This document shows, in pieces, positions 25,401-37,400 of a stretch of 64,000 nt of DNA; position 1 is the stretch's first letter; every line of letters starts with the position of its first letter. A program made the position numbers and the translations under genes. Under the pieces are notes generated by a model that was not told where the DNA came from, searched no databases, and saw nothing but the letters and a program-made list of their open reading frames with translations. The stretch spans positions 62,001 through 126,000 of the forward strand of contig NC_087252.1 in assembly GCF_037042905.1 (NCBI RefSeq), in the 5' to 3' direction. Source of the stretch: Lytechinus pictus (taxonomy: Eukaryota).

Positions 25401-28400
25401 TTTGCTAGCCGAACACAGTGCGTATTCTAAAGGCCTAGGAATACTAGTGACATAAAGGGTTTACAAGAGCACATTTGCTAGCCGAACACAGTGTGTATTC
25501 TAAAGGCCTAGGAATACTAGTGACATAAAGGGTTTACGAGAGCACATTTGCTAGCCGAACACAGTGTGTATTCTAAAGGCCTAGGAATACTAGTGACAAA
25601 GGGTTTACGAGAGCACATTGGCTAGCCGAACACAGTGTGTATTCTAAAGGCCTAGGAATACTAGTGACATAAAGGGTTTACAAGAGCACATTTGCTAGCC
25701 GAACACAGTGTGTATTCTAAAGGCCTAGGAATACTAGTGACAAAGGGTTTACAAGAGCACATTGGCTAGCCGAACACAGTGCGTATTCGAAAGGCCTAGG
25801 AATACTAGTGACAAAGGGTTTACGAGAGCACATTTGCTAGCCGAACACAGTGTGTATTCTAAAGGCCTAGGAATACTAGTGACAAAGGGTTTACAAGAGC
25901 ACATTTGCTAGCCGAACACAGTGCGTATTCTAAAGGCCTATGAATACTAGTGACATAAAGGGTTTACGAGAGCACATTTGCTAGCCGAACACAGTGCGTA
26001 TTCTAAAGGCCTAGGAATACTAGTGACAAAGGGTTTACAAGAGCACATTGGCTAGCCGAACACAGTGCGTATTCTAAAGGCCTAGGAATACTAGTGACAA
26101 AGGGTTTACGAGAGCACATTTGCTAGCCGAACACAGTGTGTATTCTAAAGGCCTAGGAATACTAGTGACAAAGGGTTTACGAGAGCACATTTGCTAGCCG
26201 AACACAGTGTGTATTCTAAAGGCCTAGGAATACTAGTGACAAAGGGTTTACAAGAGCACATTGGCTAGCCGAACACAGTGCGTATTCTAAAGGCCTAGGA
26301 ATACTAGTGACATAAAGGGTTTACAAGAGCACATTTGCTAGCCGAACACAGTGTGTATTCTAAAGGCCTAGGAATACTAGTGACATAAAGGGTATACAAG
26401 AGCACATTTGCTAGCCGAACACAGTGTGTATTCTAAAGGCCTAGGAATACTAGTCACATAAAGGGTTTACAAGAGCACATTTGCTAGCCGAACACAGTGT
26501 GTATTCTAAAGGCCTAGGAATACTAGTCACATAAAGGGTTTACAAGAGCACATTTGCTAGCCGAACACAGTGCGTATTCTAAAGGCCTAGGAATACTAGT
26601 GACATAAAGGGTTTACGAGAGCACATTTGCTAGCCGAACACAGTGCGTATTCTAAAGGCCTAGGAATACTAGTGACATAAAGGGTTTACGAGAGCACATT
26701 TGCTAGCCGAACACAGTGCGTATTCTAAAGGCCTAGGAATACTAGTGACATAAAGGGTTTACGAGAGCACATTTGCTAGCCGAACACAGTGTGTATTCTA
26801 AAGGCCTAGGAATACTAGTGACATAAAGGGTTTACAAGAGCACATTTGCTAGCCGAACACAGTGTGTATTCTAAAGGCCTAGGAATACTAGTGACATAAA
26901 GGGTTTACAAGAGCACATTGGCTAGCCGAACACAGTGCGTATTTTAAAGGCCTAGGAATACTAGTGACAAAGGGTTTACGAGAGCACATTTGCTAGCCGA
27001 ACACAGTGTGTATTCTAAAGGCCTAGGAATACTAGTGACATAAAGGGTTAACAAGAGCACATTTGCTAGCCGAACACAGTGTGTATTCTAAAGGCCTAGG
27101 AATACTAGTGACATAAAGGGTTAACAAGAGCACATTTGCTAGCCGAACACAGTGCGTATTCTAAAGGCCTAGGAATACTAGTGACATAAAGGGTTTACAA
27201 GAGCACATTTCCTAGCCGAACACAGTGCGTATTCTAAAGGCCTAGGAATACTAGTGACAAAGGGTTTACGAGAGCACATTTGCTAGCCGAACACAGTGCG
27301 TATTCTAAAGGCCTAGGAATACTAGTGACATAAAGGGTTTACAAGAGCACATTTGCTAGCCGAACACAGTGTGTATTCTAAAGGCCTAGGAATACTAGTG
27401 ACATAAAGGGTTTACAAGAGCACATTGGCTAGCCGAACACAGTGCGTATTCTAAAGGCCTAGGAATACTAGTGACATAAAGGGTTTACAAGAGCACATTT
27501 GCTAGCCGAACACAGTGCGTATTCTAAAGGCCTAGGAATACTAGTGACATAAAGGGTTTACAAGAGCACATTGGCTAGCCGAACACAGTGCGTATTCTAA
27601 AGGCCTAGGAATACTAGTGACAAAGGGTTTACAAGAGCACATTTGCTAGCCGAACACAGTGCGTATTCTAAAGGCCTAGGAATACTAGTGACATAAAGGG
27701 TTTACAAGAGCACATTGGCTAGCCGAACACAGTGCGTATTCTAAAGGCCTAGGAATACTAGTGACAAAGGGTTTACGAGAGCACATTGGCTAGCCGAACA
27801 CAGTGTGTATTCTAAAGGCCTAGGAATACTAGTGACATAAAGGGTTTACAAGAGCACATTTGCTAGCCGAACACAGTGTGTATTCTAAAGGCCTAGGAAT
27901 ACTAGTGACAAAGGGTTTACGAGAGCACATTGGCTAGCCGAACACAGTGCGTATTCTAAAGGCCTAGGAATACTAGTGACAAAGGGTTTACAAGAGCACA
28001 TTGGCTAGCCGAACACAGTGCGTATTCTAAAGGCCTAGGAATACTAGTGACATAAAGGGTTTACGAGAGCACATTTGCTAGCCGAACACAGTGTGTATTC
28101 TAAAGGCCTAGGAATACTAGTGACATAAAGGGTTTACAAGAGCACATTTGCTAGCCGAACACAGCGTGTATTCTAAAGGCCTAGGAATACTAGTGACAAA
28201 GGGTTTACGAGAGCACATTTGCTAGCCGAACACAGTGCGTATTCTAAAGGCCTAGGAATACTAGTGACATAAAGGGTTTACAAGAGCACATTTGCTAGCC
28301 GAACACAGTGTGTATTCTAAAGGCCTAGGAATACTAGTGACATAAAGGGTTTACAAGAGCACATTGGCTAGCCGAACACAGTGCGTATTCTAAAGGCCTA

Positions 28401-31400
28401 GGAATACTAGTGACATAAAGGGTTTACAAGAGCACATTTGCTAGCCGAACACAGTGCGTATTCTAAAGGCCTAGGAATACTAGTGACATAAAGGGTTTAC
28501 AAGAGCACATTGGCTAGCCGAACACAGTGCGTATTCTAAAGGCCTAGGAATACTAGTGACAAAGGGTTTACAAGAGCACATTTGCTAGCCGAACACAGTG
28601 TGTATTCTAAAGGCCTAGGAATACTAGTGACATAAAGGGTTTACAAGAGCACATTTGCTAGCCGAACACAGTGTGTATTCTAAAGGCCTAGGAATACTAG
28701 TGACAAAGGGTTTACGAGAGCACATTGGCTAGCCGAACACAGTGTGTATTCTAAAGGCCTAGGAATACTAGTGACATAAAGGGTTTACAAGAGCACATTG
28801 GCTAGCCGAACACAGTGTGTATTCTAAAGGCCTAGGAATACTAGTGACATAAAGGTTTTACGAGAGCACATTTGCTAGCCGAACACAGTGCGTATTCTAA
28901 AGGCCTAGGAATACTAGTGACATAAAGGGTTTACAAGAGCACATTTGCTAGCCGAACACAGTGTGTATTCTAAAGGCCTAGGAATACTAGTGACATAAAG
29001 GGTTTACAAGAGCACATTTGCTAGCCGAACACAGTGTGTATTCTAAAGGCCTAGGAATACTAGTGACAAAGGGTTTACGAGAGCACATTTGCTAGCCGAA
29101 CACAGTGCGTATTCTAAAGGCCTAGGAATACTAGTGACATAAAGGGTTTACAAGAGCACATTTGCTAGCCGAACACAGTGTGTATTCTAAAGGCCTAGGA
29201 ATACTAGTGACATAAAGGGTTTACAAGAGCACATTGGCTAGCCGAACACAGTGTGTATTCTAAAGGCCTAGGAATACTAGTGACATAAAGGTTTTACGAG
29301 AGCACATTTGCTAGCCGAACACAGTGCGTATTCTAAAGGCCTAGGAATACTAGTGACATAAAGGGTTTACAAGAGCACATTTGCTAGCCGAACACAGTGT
29401 GTATTCTAAAGGCCTAGGAATACTAGTGACATAAAGGGTTTACAAGAGCACATTTGCTAGCCGAACACAGTGCGTATTCTAAAGGCCTAGGAATACTAGT
29501 GACATAAAGGGTTTACAAGAGCACATTGGCTAGCCGAACACAGTGCGTATTCTAAAGGCCTAGGAATACTAGTGACAAAGGGTTTACAAGAGCACATTTG
29601 CTAGCCGAACACAGTGTGTATTCTAAAGGCCTAGGAATACTAGTGACATAAAGGTTTTACAAGAGCACATTTGCTAGCCGAACACAGTGTGTATTCTAAA
29701 GGCCTAGGAATACTAGTGACAAAGGGTTTACGAGAGCACATTTGCTAGCCGAACACAGTGCGTGTTCTAAAGGCCTAGGAATACTAGTGACGTAAAGGGA
29801 TTTCTCCCTCTTGCCTCGTGTATGCAGGGTCTCTGTCTTTGGTATCGAGGGTTTACAGCAGCAAGCGTACGCGGCTAGCTGGCTTGTGAGTTTGAGCGGG
29901 AGAGGGTCATGAAGGTTGGCAGAATGTGATTGTATTTGGGGTTGGGCTGAGTGCATGTACTGGGAGTACTAATATGGAAATATATGTGTGCACTGCAATT
30001 TCGAGGGATATAAACTGAGTTGAAATGAGTAAAATGCAGCAGGAGTTGTGTTTAATACAGCAATAACGAAAGTTCGAGCTTTTGTTTGCAATCAGCATAA
30101 TCTTAAACTAGTTATGTCAGGGAAGTCCCCTAGCTGTTGTGAGGTAGTGAATGCTAAGTTAAAGACCACGGGAATATGTGACAGTGGCCGCCTTTCGCTA
30201 AAATATCTGTACGCGAAAATATTAGCTTATACAGTAACACAGCATACTATTTATTTCCACAGGAAACAATCAGACTACTCTTCTACCAAGCAAAAGAGAC
30301 AGGAGATTATTAAATTAAAGTACCAAAATATTGACAATATGTCTTCTTATTATAACATTGGGGGAAAACTGAGGACAAATCGATCACTCTAAACTTTAAC
30401 ACAAAATACAATTTAATGAGCTACTTCACTGTACAAATCCTATGGAATTCAGGAGTTAACCTACTGGTCACTGTATAAAGCCTATGGGATTCACAGAATT
30501 CAGCAGTGAACAGATTAACTAGGCTTAGCTAGTAACTTACCTCTTCAAAATTCTTATCCCAGTTTGAGTTGGTGATGACGTAGTCGACTTTTTCATTCAT
30601 ATAGTTCTCAATAACCCTGTGAAAAAGGGGGAAACAATCAAAACTGAATGCAATTTGTGCAATCCAAATTTCACTTTACATTGACAACATTCTCATTTAT
30701 ATTGCTTTTAAAAAAAAGTTTTTTTAATTATTATTACCTTCCGGATGTTTATTTTCATTTTAATTGTTTATATAACGATGAATACATTCTTAATAACAAT
30801 AATAATTTGTATAGCGCTTATCAGAAAACATGTCTCTAAGCGTTTAGGAAAAAATCTTACCCATTAAATGCAATCATGAATACACTTTTACCCATTAAAT
30901 ACAACAATGAATACATTCTTACCTATTAAATGCAATGATGAATACATGCTTACCCATTAAATGTAACGATGAATACATTCTTACTCGTTAAATGCAATGA
31001 TGAATACATTCTTACCCATTAAATGCAATGATGAATACACTCTTACTCGTTAAATGCAATGATGAATACATTCTTACCCATTAAATGCAATGATGAATCT
31101 ATTGATTTGCCTCCTTTCTTCTTTATCAAATTTGCCAAAGAGAAAGAATCGTTTGCTGCTGAAGAAATCAGGAAGATCAGGGATGTTTCCGCCACTTGAA
31201 CTTTGACCTTTCTTATCTGGGCTTCCTCCCAACTGTTTTTTAACTTTTAATTTTGATTGAGCTCTACAAAAACAAGAATAAAATCAAATTTAGTTGAAGT
31301 ATCCCATCAAATACAAGTACTCTATACATAAAAAAGGATCTCATTTTAGTATCGATACTGACAGAATAGTTCTGCATAATTAAAATGGTGGCATGACATT

Positions 31401-34400
31401 TGCTCCTGTGACAATTGCTCAGGGCTTAATTTCGTAAGGACGAGGGTTTGTTGTTAGGTTTAGTGTAGGGTATAGTGTTACACCCAGGGTTGAAGTTGGT
31501 CATTCAATTGCTGTGTGGAATTCAAAGTGGAGCAATTGTTGCTGGAGCAAATGTCAAGGAACCAGTTGAAACATTACCCGTTTTATCTCTTGCCTCCACA
31601 ATACAAGGAACTTAAATATGTTGAAGATTTGTACGGATTTTAAACATTTAAGAAACAAAAAAAAATTGTTTCATTTCCTACACAGAATTATGAAAATCTT
31701 CCAATGCAAAAAGATTAAAACATTATATTGCTGATTTTATGATGCAAAATAAGCAACAACAAAAATGTCAAGTTTCACCAATCTGGGCCCCGATACATAA
31801 TGCTTAGCAATTGATAACAGGGCGATTCCTACAATTAAGTGCATTGGTTATTGTGTATGATCAATGTAAAACTCGATCCTACAATCAATCGCTAAGTTTA
31901 ATGTAACAAGACCCTGGATCATTCATAACTGACGTCACTCTTTTCATTTTTTTCATTTTCTACCCAAACCAATCCTAAGCATGCATAAGAGAAAATAAGT
32001 GTTTCTATATCAATTTGTAGATGAATTATGAAAAAGAATGACATACTTTCTGATTTCATCCTCTGTATCATCCCCAGATGAACCTCCTGCTGACATTGGT
32101 TCTGTATCGTTCCCTTCTTCATCCGTAGAACCACCGTATTCATCATCATCTTCAGCAGGCTTCTAAAAAATACAAATAATAATAAATAAAAGAGGTAAGG
32201 GTTTTTATCACTAATGTAAACCTCCTGTCAACATTGGTTCTGTATCGTTCCCTTCTTCATCCGTAGAACCACCGTATTCATCATCATCTTCAGCAGGCTT
32301 CTAAAAAATACAGATAATAATAAATAAAAGAGGTAAGGGTTTTTATCACTAATGTAAACCTCCTGTCAACATTGGTTCTGTATCGTTCCCTTCTTCATCC
32401 GTAGAACCACCGTACTCATCATCATCTTCAGCAGGCTTCTAAAAAATACAGATAAAAATAAATAAAAGAGGTAAGGGTTTTTATTACTAATGTAAACCTC
32501 CTGTCAACATTGGTTCTGTATCGTTACCTTCTTCATCCGTAGAACCACCATATTCATCATCATCTTCAGCAGGCTTGTAAAAATAGGCATGATAATAAAT
32601 GAAAGGGGTAAGAGTTGTTACCCCAGGGTACCTTCATGTATAGGTGCAGGGGGCAAAGTGCCCCCACGTGTCAAAGTTCATAATAACAAGTCATTTTGCC
32701 TCCGACGAAGATTCTGCTAGGATCGAAAGCTTAGGCCCCTTTTTGACTTTGTAAGTAAATAAAGTGGAAGATAGACCATCTGGGCATTATACTAAATGAT
32801 AATTAAACCAAACAGTAATTTGACCCAATTGACAGTAGATCCTGGGGGTTGAGCCATGATCCTGATCAGGCATTCAAAAAATTAGACCAACTGGTAGTAA
32901 ATAATACTAACATCGATAATAATAATAATAATAATAACAATAATAATAAATAATAATAATAATAATTGGATTTATAAAGCAACTTTTGCAGAGGATACAA
33001 AGTGCTATAAATGGCATAAGACAAGTAGACCCTATGGCCTACATTCTGAGGTCTGGTTTAACTTGGGCCATGGTCTAACTCTGTGCTAAAATTATGGGGG
33101 AAAAAAAACTTACAATATGGATGTTTCTTATGTTCACTGTGCTTTTTCATCATGCTATAATGGGAAAGAAAACTAATTCAGGTATTCCTGAAAAGTTATG
33201 AATGATCTGAGTGACATATGAGCTAATAAATCAAACTCATATTAATTTTAGAGAATGGTGTCACAATTGGCTATCCATAGGTAAATGATAAATTTAGATC
33301 AGAATATAAATCTGATAAATCCAACCTATAATGTAAGAGAATTGTGTCACAATCAGCTATCCACAGTTAAACCACAACTTTAGTCCAGAGTTTAAATCAA
33401 ACCAGAATACAGACCAGTTCTACATAATTATGGTATCTCACCTTTGGTGTTGGTGCTTTTGTTTGAGGACTCTTAGATGGTGTTGCTTTTACTGGTGTCT
33501 TCTTTTCTTGTTCCACCTCTTCTTCTTCTTCTGATTCACTCTCATCACTAGAACTATCTTGTCCTCCCGATAATTTGTATCTATGGCAACAGAAATGTGA
33601 AAACATCAAAGGCAATCGATGACCATGACTTTGGATGCCCGACTGATTGGCCTCAATGAATATATTTGTGAAATCACCTGCAACTCACCCAAAAGGCTTG
33701 CAAAGAACAATGTGACAGAGCCTCAACGATAAACTAAATATGCTAGGTCACTCGAAAGAAGGTACCTGATTGGTCAGGTCACTTGATAAAAGAGCTGTGA
33801 TTGGTCAAGCTAGCTCTCCTGGTAAATCAATTGTCTGCATTATATAACACATGATATGTGCGTTTGGTAATCAAATATACCACAAAATATGCAACCATAA
33901 GATACAATTTCTGCCGAAGATTATCACACGAGGTGAGATAACTCATTAGCAATGGTATGATATATTCATGTTCAAATAATACCATCAATAATCATCATTA
34001 TTATTCATGACTTTCATCCAACAAATGAATATTGCATGCTTGATCTCAAAATAACCACAGGACAAATGTCAATGGCAGTGCTCATTTCTCAACCAAAAGA
34101 AAAATATTTCAGAATGAAGAGAAAATTGAGGTACTTCCATGACAAATTTGATAAACACAAAAGTTCAGAAGTTAATTTGTATTTCATATTTTATCTTATC
34201 AAGTATATGCTTTTCATTTCAATCAGAATTTTCTTTGCATATTCCTTTCTTTTCATTTGGAAATTTTCCAATACCCATATAAACTTACCGTCTCCATGGT
34301 AACAGGATACGTTTCCTGTAGCAATCTGTAATCCATTCTTTCTTGACAATCTTTCCTTTTCCCTTTACTTGGTTATACTTGGGTGTGTTTGCAAAGGCAC

Positions 34401-37400
34401 AGCTAAATCAAACATGAAATCAAGGAGAAATGTACAAAATATGGATATGTAAAGCCCCAATGAGATCAGATTTTCAAATGATATGATCATTCCAACCTAT
34501 AAAATCTTAAAAGATCAAAGTTGTGAATGGTGATATGAATACTAAAATCAAAATCCCAATCTCTTTTGAGTCTCCCTGTAGGAACAAAATTCAATACAAT
34601 TTCAAATCATAATGGTGTCATCATCATCGGCTGTGACTTAAAGCAGACTTGGACTTATCTATGATCACAAGACTTGCAGTAAAGCCAAATTCTGATATAC
34701 AGTAAGTAATCCCAGCACCATGCCAAACTTCATATGAAATCACATTCAATACAAAATGTGATTTGTTAAAAAGAACTGCATCACAGTCAGATCATGTAGT
34801 GTGTGTCAGGCTTAAAAAAAAATCACATGACTACACATGCTACATACACCGCAATACTATACAAATATACCATGATGCCATGGATCTGGCTAAAAATATT
34901 CACATCAAAGGAACCTCAAATAGCATTCTTCACCTGAGGGCCAATAGCCGAAGGGAGAAATGTACTAATGATGTTTCTGTACCAATAATACTCTTTATGA
35001 TGGAAAAATCAGGCCAAAAAGATCAAATAAAAATGAAGTTAAAGAAACATCCTCTTATAACAGCACTTTAAAATACTTGGTGATACTTACATGAGATGAG
35101 TAGCACCAGGGCCCCAATCTCCCTGGTATTTAGCCCCCATCTCCATAGCCTTCTGTCTCAGCTCACCCCGTAATGGATTCTGAAAACCACTCATCACAAA
35201 TACAACCTTCTTCATCAGTTTCTCAAATGCTTCTCCAGTGGCTGGTTGAGGTTTGGATTCTGTAATCAGAAATGTAAAAACTAGATGGATTCTCATTTAG
35301 AAGCATGTAAAATTGTTTATATTTGCTTGGTCTATAAACTGTCAGCTTACTTCTCAGATACCCATTAACCCATTTGGTCTACTTTAATTTTGGTCTCATT
35401 GCTGTTCGGTTTACACTACCTTTGGTCTACTACTCACTTAGGGGGTGTTGCAAGAAAATATTTGGAATCAATTGCAAATATTCTGTTGCAATTTTACAAT
35501 TTACCAGTAATAGGTGAATTTTATCTGTAGCAATTCAGAAAACACTCCTTTTTTCAAGAAGCAGATTAGCAATCGACCACAAATTTTAAATCAATTTCAA
35601 GAGATATGAATGATTTAGGGACTGGAAATAGACTTGCAATTGATCGCAAGTTTCTTGTAACACTCCATAATTCCTAGACGTTCTAATTTACACTTCATCT
35701 TACTTTCTTCTCATTTTTATTTTGCCAAAATAATGACTTTTTTTTCATTATCTAATCGTATAGACGTAGTGGATATTAGACTAAATGTGTATAACATAAT
35801 TAGAAATTTGACACAATGGTATGGGCACAGTGAAAATAAGTTAAAATAGTTAGTAGACGAACTGGTTTTAGACGATCCAGAATTAGACCTTGTGGGATGA
35901 GACCAAACGGAAAGTAGGCAAGTGGCAATTTATGACTGAAATTTAAGTCTCTGTCAGTGCACAATCTACAATATATTTTAATTGCCAATATCTTAATACA
36001 TTAAACCTCATCACAAACGATAATACCTCCCAAATAACCTACAGTGGGTGGGTGGAGGCAGATAAAGTGATAAACCTTTAGCAATAACATGACTGCACCT
36101 CAAAGATTTTATTGCTAATGTGTAGTCAAAACTGGATTGAATAGTGGCAGATCTAGGAGACTAAATGAAGGGGGCGTAAATAGCAAATAGAGGGGTGCAG
36201 ATGACATTTTTTTTAGATTTAGCTATAGGGCCTAATATTGAATGGGCAGTTCTCAAAATACAAAGGAGGGAAGTGCCCCATGGTCCCCCACCTGGATCCG
36301 CTACTGGAATAAACTTATACAGAAATAGAGTTTTTGTTTAAGCTTAATCTTTTAAGCAACACTATTGAATAAATATCAAAGAGTCAAATTAGCTATACAG
36401 ACCTTTCTTTGGAATAGATTGTTGCTTGCGTGTTTCTTCTCTCTTAGGCTCAACGGCTGGTTTCTTGTGGCTCTTCTCTCCCTCTTTTTTATCAGCATCA
36501 GATAAACGTCTCTTGGCTGATGGCTGGGATGTCTAGAAAAGTAAACATTTTAGCACAGAATTTTTTATGATTACTCCTGCAGTAATAAAGCTTTCAAGAC
36601 ACAATCTCTGTTAAAGTCTTTCAATTAAAGGCCCATTGTCACGTGTTCTCAGGGAATTTGACACTATTCGGATATATATCACCCAGAGTAGAACAAGATT
36701 TTCAATCAGCAGACATTATGTAATGCTCCTGGAAATTTCTTCTGGTACACTGAGTTTGCTTTCTCCAAAAGATGTCTCTATTACAGGTATTTTCAAAGTT
36801 TTTTCACAAAGTCCGGGGTCAGCAAATAATATTCCACTCCATATAAAAGATGACCATCTGACTTTAATCCCTAAATATCAATGTGGAACAAGACCAGAGT
36901 CAATTTGTTCAAAAGAAGATCAGCATTGTATTTTGAAGGTTTGCATAATGACAATAGAGGAAGCGGTTTACGGTATACCATGTCTTCTCTCCTGCTCCTG
37001 CTATACAACTCCATTCATTGACTAAAGCTAGCCTTCCCTCAGCTACTCTCAAGTCTCTCAAGCCAGCCTTCCCTCAGCTACTCTCAAGCCTCTCAAGCCA
37101 GCCTTCCCTCATCTACTCTCAAGCCTCTCAAGTCTGCCTTCTACTCAGCTTACCATTCCTTCTCGTTCACAGTCCTTCTCGTTCACAGTCCTTTTTAAGG
37201 ACTACACTCATTTTCAATAAAAATACTCTACTTCCCAACCTCCCCTATCTCGCCTTACAATTTCACTTCTATTTCTATCCACTTTCTATCTCAGTCCTTC
37301 CAGGGCTTTACACATGGTGTACCGTAAACCACTTCCATGATCAGCATCGTTCTTTCTCCTCTCTGATGACACTCCAAACTCTGCACTGAGAGCAGCAGTT

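Noticed and set aside
9592..29798. 48-bp and 73-bp arrays as CRISPR arrays
   Set aside because: Units are contiguous with no unique spacers; no cas genes; eukaryotic intron-containing context.
32222..32576. Duplicated exon 11 copies as in-frame cassette exons
   Set aside because: Available GT sites give 79-, 68- or 46-nt exons, none a multiple of 3, and read-through hits TAG, so productive inclusion is unlikely.
36636..37389. 129-aa and 123-aa plus-strand ORFs in an XRCC1 intron
   Set aside because: No recognisable domain; the second includes a short ~35-bp tandem repeat. May be decayed retroelement sequence, but this cannot be supported without a search.
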